64,000 nt of DNA. It comes from Eledone cirrhosa (taxonomy: Eukaryota). Below the pieces are notes generated by a model. That model saw only the letters and a list, made by a program, of their open reading frames with translations, was not told where the DNA came from and did no database searches. Below are positions 14,961 through 28,595 of this stretch, piece after piece. The DNA is taken from assembly GCA_964016885.1 (NCBI GenBank), contig OZ024745.1, positions 57,722,001 to 57,786,000 of the forward strand, written 5' to 3'. The position numbers and the translations under genes were made by a program. The number at the start of each line of letters is the position of its first letter. The stretch's first letter is position 1.

Positions 14961-15700
14961 ATATTGTAAAGAGATAAGTATCAACATCCAAAAGAAATAT
15001 ATATTAATTATTATTTTTGTATACAAAGTAAATTAATCAAATCTAAGCAAATTAACCAAATATAAGCAAATGTATTAACTACCAATTTAACGCTATGAGA
15101 CTATAAATATAAACACACAGACGTTCACAGAAACATACACTTATGAAAAAGACACACAGACATATATTCATACCAACACACACAGGGTTTCACATACGAA
15201 CAGATACACAGACAGTCACACAAACATACAGTTATAAAAACACATACAGACATACATTCATACAAACACACACAGAGTTTCACCCACAAACAGAAACACA
15301 CCTACACTTACACAAACTCATGAAAGCACACACGCAGGCATACATTCATACAAACACTCACATATTTACCCCCACCCAAGGTTTCGTTATGTCAGTCGTC
15401 ACAGAAATGTATGTATACTCACGCACACATACACTCTCACATACAACATATATAATTGTCAGTCATCACATATGTAGATCTGTATATGTGTTTGATTCTC
15501 TGTATATCTGATTAAATATTTACGTGAAGATGTATGTTTATGGAATGCCTAACGTACGTAACGAACACGTAAAGACACACACTCACAAACATATACACAC
15601 ACATATACACAATGTGGCGTCACTGTCGTCGTCGTGGTGTTATAAAATTTCCGTTTATTATAGTTAACTACAGTAGAATATTTTAGATAAAATGTTATAT

Positions 15701-15805
15701 TGTTTTAATCCAAATGACAATAAAAATTACATGTTCATTCCGAGGTCTAATAGTATTAGACCTCGGGAAGAACATGTAAGTTTTATTGTCATTTGGATTA
15801 AAACA
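15701..15805. repeat. Near-perfect palindrome, 52-bp arms, 1-nt loop
   Basis: TGTTTTAATCCAAATGACAATAAAA...GAGGTCTAATA-G-TATTAGACCTC...TTTTATTGTCATTTGGATTAAAACA. Confidence 0.9.
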
Positions 15806-15878
15806 GTTATAAAACAGTTATAAAAACACATACAGACATACATTCATACAAACACACACAGTTTCACCCACAAACAGA

Positions 15879-15922
<44 letters not shown>

Positions 15923-16869
15923 TTGTTGCTAATCTCAAAGAATTTTAAATAGAAAATATAAAGATATCTTTTAATCTGACATTACTCTCTTGGAAACGGT
16001 ATATTCATTATACTACTGTTGGTAATACTATAATATGATCAACAGTTGTTATCGTTATCGTTATGAAAGACTAATGACTATTGCAGATGTTAGGTGTATG
16101 TGTTACATAGTAATAAAGTTACTGGTCGTTATTCCCTAAATTATATTTTCTCCAATAAACCTGTAAATCCAATGTTCCTCCAATCGTAATAAATATGAAA
16201 TTCACAGCTGGAACTTCACACTCCTTTTATGATATTTATTAGAAACATTTCTTTCTACTTTCTGGACGTTTCATGCCGTACAGCTGTGGCATGTATTCGA
16301 AGGATCAAATTCTAATTAAATGGTAATTCGGTAATTTTTTCCACTATCGAATCTAGTGCATTGGCGTACGTAGTCTATCTATAAAAAAGGTCAAGCTTGT
16401 TAATTCAGAAATTGATAGTGGATTGTTGTACGACCAGTTTTTGGAGTGATTTCATGATTTTAATTCTATCTATCAATTCATCAATGAGGAACGTCAGCCT
16501 TTGCCCTCTACAGTGAATTAGATGACAGAAAGATCAACAACAGACTTAAGCGTTAATGTGTGGAAAGCTGTGAGTCAAGCACTTGCATTCCATTAAATTC
16601 TGAGTGCAACTAAATTGGCTATTGTACGATATTTTTTGGTTGATGCCCAAAGCCAATTACGTCTGTGATCTAATGGTTTGATTAAACCAATTCCATACTT
16701 AGGTTATACACATTGAATTGTCTCATATTTAGACGTCAAGATGACTATTAATTGCAATTTAGATGATAATAAAATGAGTGAGCTTCTAAAATATATATAT
16801 TGTCTTCGCAATTTCAAACTCCTGCAATCTCACACACATATTTTATAGTCCTAAAACATAAAGATTTTA

Positions 16870-17324
<455 letters not shown>

Positions 17325-17327
<3 letters not shown>

Positions 17328-17554
17328 GGAACGAGTAGGACCCGGCGGCTGAGCTCAAGCCGTTTCGACGGCTAATTCTGGACTAAAAAAAAATTAAAAA
17401 AAACTTTTTTTTTTTATAGTCCAGAATTAGCCGTCGAAACGGCTTGAGCTCAGCCATCGGATCCTACTCGTTCCTATTACCCACTCTACTACCCTAAGTA
17501 TTGAGTACTTTGGTGCGTTATGGTCCACCTAGTTCCTTACCACATTTCCTGCGT
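17325..17554. mobile_element. pLTR-like fold-back module (arms 17325-17385 and 17417-17477)
   Basis: Inverted arms around an A-run/T-run loop; tail homologous to 6419-6500; (TA)n on both sides. Confidence 0.8.
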
Positions 17555-17567
17555 TATATAATATATA

Positions 17568-17627
<60 letters not shown>

Positions 17628-17628
<1 letters not shown>

Positions 17629-18390
17629 AGGAGGTTATAGTTCACTTGAAGCATTGTGTAATGAGGTATAAACGTTTGAATATGTATAATAAAGCCAAAA
17701 GAATGCAGGTATGGACATAGAAAAAGAATGCAATTGCAAAAGATATTGTTGACAAATTGTCTTTTACCTTAGATTTATTTAAATGTCCTTAATTTTCGAG
17801 ATAATATCTCTTCTTCAGAGGGAAATAAAGGTCTCAAACCAGCCTTCTAAATATCTTGCCAAGCCATGCTGACAGGAAATAGTATAGAGTATCTTTTCTA
17901 TCTCTAATGTCAAAGAGTTAAAATTAGATGGATAAAGAGTAGTCTCCCTTTAAAAGGGTTTTGTTTAGGGGTTGTTTTTTTTTTATATACATGCCTGTTT
18001 AAGTGTGTGGGAGAATGCATGAAGGTGTAAGTATGTGAGTGTGTGTGTGTGAGTGTGAGAAGATAAGTCTATTCGTAAATGTGGGTGATAGGTGTTATCT
18101 GGTGTTAGAACTGGTTTTGTGTGTGTATGTGTGAGAGAGAATAAGTGGAGGTGTAAGCGTGTGTGTGGGGTGTGTAAATATGGGGCTCGAAGTCCTATCA
18201 GGTTATACATTGGCTGGTTTGAGACCTTTATTTCCCTCTGAAGAAGAGATATTATCTCGAAAATTAAGGACATTTAAATAAATCTAAGGTAAAAGACAAT
18301 TTGTCAACAATATCTTTTGCAATTGCATTCTTTTTCTATGTCCATACCTGCATTGTTTTGGCTTTATTATACATATTCAAACGTTTATAT
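17628..18390. mobile_element. PLE-type terminal fragment with ~178-bp inverted repeats (17667-17844 and 18212-18389), each carrying an HHR
   Basis: Arms nearly identical; (TA)n flanks. Confidence 0.8.
18235..18269 (+). ncRNA. Minimal type I hammerhead (mirror copy 17787-17821 on minus)
   Basis: CCT-CTGAAGA-A-GAGAT(ATT)ATCTC-GAAA-AT-TA-AGG. Confidence 0.75.
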
Positions 18391-18606
18391 ATATATGTAT
18401 ATATAATATTTTAGTATCGTAAGAGAGTAGAAGGTTTATAGGGAGAGGCGATATATATAGTTAGTTGCATTTGTGCTCAATACTTGTGGATACAGGGTTA
18501 AATATCGGAATCGTTAATATTTAATGGGCGAGATATAAGCAGAGCAGTTACAAATAAAAATATTACGCAAGAGAATATAGACTGTTAGAACATGTTTATA
18601 AAATAA

Positions 18607-18647
18607 GCTCCTACGTACGTTTCGCCCGAAAAGGACTTCTCAAGGGC
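18607..18647 (-). ncRNA. Hammerhead with U3:A8 covariant core
   Basis: GCCC-TTGAGAA-GTCC(TTTTC)GGGC-GAAA-CGTACG-TA-GGAGC. Confidence 0.75.
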
Positions 18648-19150
18648 CTCTAATGCAAGAAAGTGTTCAATACAGAACCCAGAGCATATCCCATAGGATA
18701 TAGAGGCTATCCGTCAATCAGGACATCTTCAACCAAGCAGCTGACTACTACAATAAGGCCTTGGTGGACGTGAGTTATAACCGAAGAATCTCCTACCTCT
18801 TTAACGTTGACTCTAGAACCCCCACCCAACCTCCACCATTATAGGACTAATGTTATAGCGAGCCATACCTATAACCAAATACGCAGCGGTCATGATAGAG
18901 TCAATAATTATAGAATAGAGAATCGCACTAAGAAACACGGCCGTCACGATAACTACATAGGTGGAGGTATAGACGGACTACCGCAAACTAAGGGTCAAGA
19001 TACGGGTAAAGGTAGCCTCTGCAGCCTACTAGAGCTATTCCCTGCCTATAGGATTAACAATAGTTATGGCCTTTTACCTCCAACCGGCATTTAGCTACAC
19101 GGAAACGTAATGCAAGGGAAGCAAGTGCACCCGAACATAAAGCGAAGGGG

Positions 19151-20176
19151 ATGCGCAATAGGCAGCAGCACAGTAGCAACAATAAGAACGGTTACCTAGC
19201 CAACACAACCCTTAATAAGCCCACGGCAACGCGTAACCGGCAATGTAATGTTCTATGGTTCCATCCGCCCTACTCTTGGAGTGTGGCCTCTGACTTACCT
19301 AGAATATTCTTCGAAGCCTTAGAGAAGAACTTCCCACCTGACCATAAGTACAAAAAAATCCTCAACAAGAACAACGTTAAAATATCCTTCTCCACAACAC
19401 CTACTCTAGCCGACATCATAGGGACAACTAACTACAGTAAACTCACCAATACATGGCACCATAGCAGCGATAATTCTAGACATTACAGCAACTCTGATAA
19501 CCTTAACGTTTCCCCAGCAGCACCCAACAATGTTGGCGGCAGCTCCAACCGAGGCAACCACCAAAACGGCGGTGAGACCGAGGAGCACACTCGCGACCCG
19601 TACGGGACGAGAGGCTGCAACAGAAGGCGCTATGGCACGCGAAGTAATAAGTGTACTACCCTGCGTACCCTAGGTTATAGTAGTACTAACTACGGATACA
19701 TCGGCAGCGGTCTGGGTGATAACGTCGGTAGTAATAGAAGCCACCGCAGCAATAGCGACCGCGGCGGACACTGCAACTGTCGTGACCCGGGAAGCTGTCC
19801 GCTCAAGGGAAGCTGCCTAACCGACAATGTTATCTATAGGTGCACTGTAACTAGCCATCCTAGTGTCAAATATTATATAGGGGACAGCTCTGGCTCGTTC
19901 AAAACTAGATTTAGAACGCATCTCCACTCTTTTAGATACAGGAAGCTAAGGTCCTCCACATCACTCGCCAACTACATCACAAAATTGAACGACTCCAACA
20001 TCAGCTTCTACACTGGCTGGGAAATTGTCAGCAGAGCAACACCTTGCAACTTCAAGAAGAAATGCCAGCTCTGTCTCATGGAACTATACCATATCGTACG
20101 AGCATCCCTGGATCTCATCAACAGTAGAGCCGAATCAGTGATAAACTGCAGACACAGAATACAGCAGTCATTCTAA
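19151..20176 (+). pseudogene. C-terminal part of PLE polyprotein: WFxPP region, Cys-rich linker, GIY-YIG endonuclease
   Basis: WFHPPYS..FPPDHKYKKILNKNNVKISFS; CNCRDPGSCPLKGSCL; VIYRC..YYIGDSSGSFKTRFRTH; CQLCLMEL..INSRAE. Confidence 0.88.
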
Positions 20177-20562
20177 TGTTGGACCCCGGTTGATATCTGA
20201 ACACCATAAAACTGGGGCCTCCAGCACCAAGCCATAACATGGCGGAGGTATGGTGCATAATTAAACAGCTGTAAAATCACTCCGGAAGGTGTACACCCAC
20301 CCCCACACATCAACTATGCCTCTTAGATTTGGCCTGACTAAGCAGTAGTAAATTGGCACCCATGAACTAGAAGTAGAGAATAGTTATCATGTGAATGGAT
20401 GATAAGTCCTTTAGGGACACATATTCAAACACCGGTTAGAGTTACTCCTCTTGCTCTGTGATACAAACAGCCATATGTGTTTGAGATTGACATGAACTTC
20501 GATGTTGTTATCATTTTAAAACCCCTTCTGGGTTCTGTATTGAACACTTTCTTGCATTGTAT

Positions 20563-20603
20563 GCCCTTGAGAAGCCCTTTACGGTCGAAACATACGTAGG
20601 AGC
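20563..20603 (+). ncRNA. Hammerhead with U3:A8 covariant core (3' pLTR copy)
   Basis: GCCC-TTGAGAA-GCCC(TTTAC)GGTC-GAAA-CATACG-TA-GGAGC. Confidence 0.7.
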
Positions 20604-20880
20604 TTATTTTATAAATATGTTCTAACATTATATATTCTCTTTCGTAATATTTTCATTTGTATATATATATGTATTTATTACTACTGATACATGCCCATAC
20701 ACACCCTTATATTAACATACTTTTGCTCATAGCTTCGTACTTACATGCACACACACTATTTTACTCACATATACACACACATTTCTTCTAGCTTCGTACG
20801 GACCTATAATAAGACACACACACTCACACACACACACACTAACTCATGCTTATGCACGTGCTCAAGTATAGCTCTTTTTA

Positions 20881-21191
20881 CAAAACGTTTTTTTTCCATT
20901 TCAGGTAGACGCCTGCCATCATCCACTTTTCTAAATCATACACAAATCGCCAGCACCAACAGTTTTGCAAGAGATGTCAACTGGAATGGACCTGTTATTT
21001 TTATCTAAAGACATTTTTTCCAATTCCAACCCGCCCGTCTCCTCAATCTATTTTATTTCTCATATTTTCTTTTGCTGCAGGACTAGCATCCGAAACGTTA
21101 AGATCCTCTTCCTGCTATATCAAGCGTTAACCTAATATATACCTTCCATATACTGTACCGATTGTGTTGTTATTTCTGTTTAACTTTTACA
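20881..21191 (+). mobile_element. pLTR-like repeat, sister of 11145-11463, HHR 5' core decayed
   Basis: AGGACTAGCATCCGAAACGTTAAG at ~21079-21102; ends in (TA)n. Confidence 0.75.
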
Positions 21192-21195
21192 TATA

Positions 21196-21262
<67 letters not shown>

Positions 21263-21545
21263 TATAAGTATATATGTATATGTGTGTGTGTGTGTGAGTA
21301 TGTGCATGTATGTGTTGTGGTGGCATGTTTGTCTGTATGTATGAATTTGCTTGTCTTTAAACATAACGGAAATCATATAACAATAGTAATTTTATTTTTA
21401 TAACTAGATGCAAATTGCTTAAATTATAATGGATAATATCACAAATAACACATCTTAAATTAGATATGATTACTCATAGATCTTCGTGCAATTAAACATA
21501 AACATTTCTATGGATAATTTTCTAATATTATCATCATAATAAAGC

Positions 21546-21740
21546 GGGTGGTGGTTTGGCAGTATCGGCAGAGGGTTGGACAACAGGCTTTGCAGCACAG
21601 AGTTATGCCCCTTTCTGATCTGAGTTCAAATCCTCCCATGGTTAACTTTGCCTTTCATCCTTTACGGGGTCGATAAAATAAAGTACGAGTAATGCGCTGG
21701 GATAATTGCTGGCCTTGTGCCAAATGTAGAAACAATTATT
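21546..21740 (+). mobile_element. Full-length SINE with 13-bp target-site duplication
   Basis: A box TGGCAGTATCGG, B box GAGTTCAAATCC; TSD ATCATAATAAAGC at 21533-21545 and 21741-21753. Confidence 0.92.
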
Positions 21741-22232
21741 ATCATAATAAAGCTTGGTAATTTACTTTCACTTGGTAACTCTTGCATTCACATTTAGACG
21801 TAGTTTCTACAATTTAATTAATGGAATATGTTTCAACAATATTTTTCAACCATGTTGTTTCAATAATGTTGTCAGAATAATTTTCGTTTATTCCTTTTCA
21901 AGTTATACATAATTTACTCACATGATTAGTTATTAGGGCAATTTATGATGTTAAATGTTCGATCTTGTTATAACATGTAGTTTTAATAGGTAAGAATCCA
22001 TGATATTCTGTTTAAAAAATAAAATATTTCGTTCGTTTCGCATATACTTCGCTTCTATTTATTTTGGTTTTTTATTCCTTAATGCTGCGATGAGGATTCA
22101 GCTGAACTAATATCTGTCCGATGTTTTACAGTATTTGATATTGTCACATACGAAATAGTGCATGCGAAGAAATACATTGTTTTATTCATTTTCATAACGA
22201 TGGCAAACAAAGCGTTATTATTTACATCTATG

Positions 22233-22416
22233 GGCGGTGGATTGGCAGTATCGGTAGAAGGTCGGACGCCATGCTTTCCAGCATAGTTACGTCCCATTAC
22301 GATCTGAGTTCAAATCCCGCCAAGGTTGACTTTGCCTTTCATCCTTACGTGGTCGATAAAATAAAGTACCAGCAATGCACTGGTTAATTGCTGGCCTTGT
22401 GCCTGAAGTAGAAACA
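22233..22416 (+). mobile_element. Full-length SINE with 16-bp target-site duplication
   Basis: A and B boxes; TSD ATTATTTACATCTATG at 22217-22232 and 22417-22432. Confidence 0.95.
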
Positions 22417-23554
22417 ATTATTTACATCTATGTTCTCCTGGAGAACGATTTCACATGATCGGTTTACTGGTATTAAACTTATAGTTGGCGTGATCCCATG
22501 CTAAACCACATTTAATTTCCAAGAAAGACGATTTCACTTAACTTGCCGAAGAGGGATTCAGCACGACGAGCAAACACATCAAAGCCATTATATATATATA
22601 TATATATATACATGTATGCATGTATTTATGTTGTATTATATCGATAATATTATGGTGCATGTAAGGATTCTCTTGATAAATTAAGTATTTTTCTACGAAA
22701 CGAGATATGAGATTTGAGAGCTGGTTTTCCCTGAAACGATGATCATATCGAGATGTTCATAATCAATTGCACTGCTGTAAATATTTCCTTTGATATGTGC
22801 ACGAGAAAATATGAGTCGAAGTTGGTGTTAGTATAGTATATTTACACAATATGATACTGCATACTCATGCTCTCACATAGAGAGATTGAAAGTAGTTTAT
22901 CATGCCATTAATCCTATATATGAGGCATTTATTTTGTCAGTAGAAATATTGTGAACATATCATTTCATTCGATAGAATAGTTGAGATTTTCTGATTATTT
23001 AAAATTGTATAGATATGTATGTGTATATATAGATATTTGTGTGTGTGTGTCTGTGTAGGTTATTTTATAAAGACCTCGGGCAAATCATCTGTCAAACATA
23101 TATCGCTCTCGGTATGTAGTGCCGCTATTTCTGCGAATTGAGAGGTCAAATCACCGATAATACGGACATGGCGCAAAAATGTCTCGGAAAAGAATCGCTG
23201 GACAGATTTTATGTGGAAAAGCAATCGGCAGGAGATCCACTGATAGACTCCGAGCAAGATGATGGTATAATATCCGTGAGCTTGGTAGGCCCCATTTCTG
23301 GATCCAGCCGGTTCAATTCAAGGGCTCCTTCTGACAGGATTCGGTGTAAGTTGTAATCTGAGGACCCTCCCATGAATAAGTGGGTAAAGAAGAATAGGTT
23401 ACTAGTTATACAGCACAATAATTTATAGAACATTAATCATTGTATATGCTTGTGAAACTCTAATGTGATTATAAGTATTATAGACTCTATTAATTTCATA
23501 TATATATGTATATATTTCATATATATATGTATCTATTAATTTCATATATGTATG

Positions 23555-23901
23555 TACTCTTTCACCTGTTCCAGCCATCTGGCTGGGCACCCCTTTATTT
23601 GCTACACATTCTAGCCCCGTTGACTGTAATAGTCTGGATTCTGTAATTGAAGAAATCATGCAGCCACTCACTTACTTTACCATTTACGCCGTATCTGTGT
23701 AGTTTGTGTAATATTGCATGCTCGACCTTCTCGAAGGCCTTGGGAAAGTCAAGATATATCACGTCCACATTTGAGTTGTCCAGCAGTTGCTTCAGTAACC
23801 AGTCGAAGTGTTGTAAAAGCTGTATAAGGTAGCTTCTTCCCAGGTGAAAGCCATACTGAGTCTTAGTTAGGTTATCATTTTCCTCGAGGAAAATGATCAG
23901 T
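23555..23901 (-). mobile_element. CR1-type LINE reverse transcriptase fragment with a 3'-tail-like end
   Basis: FLEENDNLTKTQYGFHLGRSYLIQLLQHFD..VDVIYLDFPKAFEKVEHAILHKL..YGVNGKVSEWLHDF; the tail resembles 45925-45975. Confidence 0.85.
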
Positions 23902-23964
23902 CTCTCTCACTCTTTCTCTCTCTCTCTCTTTCTCTCTCTCTATCTCTATCTCCCTCTCTCTCAT

Positions 23965-24028
<64 letters not shown>

Positions 24029-25001
24029 TTGTGTGTGTTCATACATGTATATCAACATCTGTTTCCATTGTGTCTGGTTTAATTTTTACCCCTTTAACTT
24101 GAAATCTCTTGCGTAAGTATAAAATCATATAATTATTTATATTGTAACAGATCATATAGCATGGTTCTACATTTTAATATTGTTTGACACAGTACGCATA
24201 CACACATGCGATTAAATGATGAAAAGGATAGGAATGAAGAGAAAAGTAACGTAGGGGAGGAAAACAGAAAGACACTCATGAACGACAGATAAAATGAAAA
24301 AAAATAAAGTGAAATAGAAATGACACTTATATTCAGGGGAAAATTAATAACCACCAAATTTAGGTATTTCATAAATCCTAAATTGTCATCCACGCAGGAG
24401 CCCAATCCTGGTCCCATCACATACTGTAAAATCCACCTATCCGTATATTGTTGCATGTTATTGACACATTTGACAGAGCGTTCTGAAATGTTTCTTGCAG
24501 GCTTTTATATTATCATCGGATCTTACATAAACACTGTAGTTTGAATAAGAAGGACTTCTACATAAATACAAGGCATTTCCACAGACGAAGCGGTGTTGAT
24601 CATAAATAAATTACATTAGGGTTTGGCACTGTCGATGAAACGGCATCAGCAACAACAACAACCAAAACCAAATTAACAATCACGACAACCATAAAGTCAA
24701 CAAGTATTACACATTTCAATGCTACTGATATAAGTAAACACTTGGCAATATGAATGGGAAAAGTTTCAGTAATTATGACTATTTTTTGTGATGCGTTATA
24801 TCTGATATATAGCCAGCAGGCGTACGAACAATAATTTTCTAGCTATAACGAATCCACTCGATTCTCAGGTGTAGGTATCCCGGACATTATTAGGCAATAA
24901 AATATTTTCCTTTTTAAAAGGTGAAGATTGTGTTTTCTATTTAGATTATTTGTAGCACTCGGTTAGAGGTGTTCCCTAGACTTTTACTTTAGGTTAGATG
25001 G

Positions 25002-25101
<100 letters not shown>

Positions 25102-25988
25102 TTGTAATTCGAAATACTTTCGCTAGTGAATACTGAGATCATATAAGTAGTGAAATAAATATCCACACAATTGAGTTATATTCCTATCCACGTATTTAGA
25201 TATGTCAGCGTACAGGCTTTGAGCAGGTATGCCTTCAAAAACATGGCATGCACTACCATGACCTGTAATACCAAATGTTACTGATGTATATCTTTGGAAT
25301 ACTAAATGAAAGAAAGAGATGGCACAAAACATTTTACAAGACCTGATTGCCACTTTAATATTCAACGTTGCCTGGAAATAGGCTATATATGTATCTGTCA
25401 TTGTAAATGTTAAAGGTAAATGTTAAAGGTAAATGTTATCATTTTGACAAAGGCACATATTGAATATATGATATATACAAGACAATTGATTATATAACAA
25501 AAGATCTTTCACAGGATTGCTTCACAGAAAATATCAATAATATACAGACCATACTGAATAGAATATATGCTGATATTCTGTTATTCCCCAAATTTCTAAT
25601 TTATTTTTGGTATAGGGTTCTAAGGACGCCAACGCTTATCGCCAATTGCACACTTCAAAGCAATATGCGTAAATGATTTAGATAAAACCAATATCAAAAT
25701 TTTTGAAATAGGCATATAAAAACAGATGTTTCAGATACAGATAACAATTAATTACATATTTATATCTGTTTGACGTATTGTATATAAATGCATTGTTAAC
25801 AAGCTTTTATTCTGCATGTGCTTCCAGATTATTCGAATGCACAATGTTAGATAACATTTGAAGCAAAGGAATGAATAACAACAATGCACTTCGAAAGCGA
25901 AATGCATTATTATTAAGTCGCCTTAATGTTAAAATCACTATAAGAGATCCTACATTAATAATTTTGTTATCAAAATCAACAGTACTAT

Positions 25989-26063
<75 letters not shown>

Positions 26064-26374
26064 TGAGATACATAAATTACGAAGGGCAAGACAGATAGAG
26101 TAAAAGAATAAATGCTTAATATTTGCTTCCGTTTCATTATGCGTTTTACTAATGAAAACGCATTGTGTTCAATCTTAGCATTTTTTCGTGTGAGGAGGGA
26201 AAATCAATCGATTACATGAGGATCGCATAGAAATGCAATTAATAGAAATATATTGTATTGTATCATCTATATCGAGAACATTCATAACAACTTAAAAAAT
26301 ACAGCGATATCAAATAAGCTTTTCGTTTGTCAGTAGATTGAAAATTTCTCACCAGTTTAAAAGCCTAGCATTTC

Positions 26375-26870
26375 ATAAGGGGGCAGTGCTTATTCTACAC
26401 AAATTTACAAGCACGGACGTGCTACTCTCAGAAGAACAATCAAAGCGATGAAACCTTTTTGCATGCAAACGTCTATTCTCCAGGCATTGCTGACTTGTGG
26501 GGATTTTTCTAACAGTTATTTTTCAATGCTGGAGGGTTCCACCTATGGGTCGACTCTATCGTGAAGATCGTCTCACGATATTTTGACCGAGAAAGGCAGG
26601 TAGTTTTAATATATCTGTGGCTAAAGTGAGTAATGATGGACGCAACGAAAAGGACAGAATACTTACATTTTCCTTTTCGAACGAATCGTTTTGACTTTGT
26701 CAAGTTCCACTTGGAAAGGAAGGTAGGTGGAGAGGGAAATGCTGTTTTTCCTCCCTATACATTTGTCACAATGTGGTGAATGTAACGAATATAGCACTCG
26801 TTAATGGGCTTGATTTGTGCAGGTGACTGTAGGCTGGAGCAATCAGAGAGGATCGGGGCACCTTCATATA
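26375..26870 (+). mobile_element. Old decayed copy of the 3' end of the Tx1/L1-type LINE at 37741-39590
   Basis: Shared blocks such as CAAGTT.CAC.TGGAAAGGAAGGT, GTGAAGATCG and CTGACTTGTGG. Confidence 0.75.
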
Positions 26871-27714
26871 TTTCTCTTGAAGATTAGGCTGCTTTTGGAT
26901 ATGTGGTCTTCCTTATTTCATCCTGAGTTCTGCTTCTTCTATTGGGGAATACTCTTCTCTTAAATTTACTGTTACATTAGTATGTTTTCTTTGAGTTTAC
27001 TCTGTATGTTATATGTAAATCTTCACTGTTTTTGTCCATATATATTGCCTCTTTTGTATGTCAGCACTAGTGATTAATAAGGAAATAATTATTATGAATA
27101 TAATATTAATTACACGGTATTATAGGTTTTTTGTTACACGATATTATAGGAATTTCTAACTAAATCTTCTTCAGAAGAATATTTAAAATAGTTCTAGCAC
27201 TTCCTACATCTATTAATAAACCAGTTTTTAGCGTATGTAGAAAGTTATCACATACAGAAATCCACACAGAGACAATCATTCAACTACCAATGATGTATTG
27301 ATGCTTGCCAATAAACAAAATTTAATTACAACACATTCGTATTTAATCTATACGAATATAAATGGAGAAAAATGAGCATTATTGACACCTATAATGAATC
27401 CTAAGAAGAGCAAAATTCTCTTACTCCAAGTGGGCTAACTTCGAGTTCAGGCAACACAAAAAGTATTCACATGACCCCATGCGTACATACATATGTAAAA
27501 CATACATATATACTTACATACATGCCTTTATATATATTTGCAAAAACAGCATATGTTTATATACACAATTTGTATATATATATATATATATATATTTAAA
27601 AAAGATTAAAGTTTAAGCAAAGAATCGCTGTTTTCACCCTTAACGGGATCTTCTGAAATTAACAAAGTCAATCTGTAAACGCAGAAGTGGATATTTCAAA
27701 AAACGTTGCAACCG

Positions 27715-28435
27715 GAGGAAGACAGGAAGACGATGCCTCTCTAGTAACATTGTCTACAAATGTATGGTTGAAACACCCACGTCCCGTAGGGCCTACATAG
27801 GGTTAACTGCCAATAGATTCAAGCAGCGTCTTTACATGCATACCCATTCTTTTCGTTACCCTCTAAGAAGGAATATGACGACACTTTCAGCTTATATCTG
27901 GAGTCTAAAAGACAACCACCCTCAATATAAGTTACACTGGGAGATCCTAGCTAGGGATAAAAGACCATGTGACCACTGCGCCGCTGAGGCCCTGGAAATA
28001 CTCTACGCCACAGACCACATCTTAAACAAAAAATCTGAGGCAATTTCGGCTTGTAAACATAAATTGCACAAAACTTTCCTGTTTTACAGCCCCACGTTAT
28101 ACCCTAACGGATAGTACGATCTATACGTGGATATTTTACGTCTTGATGTGGTAGCTAAGTATATGTTTTGTTTATACAATTACCTATTTGCATAGGTAAG
28201 TATATATTACCTTTATGTTTTGTGAAGGTACGCATACAAAGACTGGAGGACGACCGCCATCCAGCATCTTCCACCATTGCCGGTCGCCCGCGACCGGCCT
28301 TTGATTTTCAGCCCCATGGATTTTATTTCGAATACCTGATGATATCACCGGATTCATACGGAACCCAGTCATTGAAATGATCATAGTATAATAAACCTTT
28401 CAAGGATTTACACAAGTCCAGCCTCCTGTCATTTC
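27715..28435 (+). mobile_element. PLE 3' fragment: GIY-YIG endonuclease (to 28114) plus pLTR with decayed HHR (28331-28373)
   Basis: CLSSNIVYKC..AYIGLTANRFKQRLYMH..LSAYIWSLKD..ILNKKSE; CTGATGA at 28336; ends in (TA)n; pLTR copy at 35090-35262 on minus. Confidence 0.85.
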
Positions 28436-28493
<58 letters not shown>

Positions 28494-28564
28494 AATATAT
28501 ATATATATATATATATATGGGGGGGGGGGGTATGTGTATGTGTGTGTGCGCGTGTGTGTGTGCG

Positions 28565-28595
<31 letters not shown>

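Larger units (their letters stand above)
18405..20661 (+). mobile_element. 5'-truncated Penelope-like element with an inverted pLTR at its 5' end
   Basis: Inverted repeats 18549-18683 and 20527-20661; RT-thumb relic (SISHRI*RLSVNQDIFNQAADYYNKAL) from ~18685; GIY-YIG ORF; (TA)n flanks. Confidence 0.9.

Noticed and set aside
22233-22320. SINE heads as tRNA genes
   Set aside because: A and B boxes present but no cloverleaf; followed by SINE body, tail and TSD
27618-27660. Minus-strand CAGAAGA-TCCC..GGGT-GAAA..TC
   Set aside because: Core mismatch and no stem I pairing
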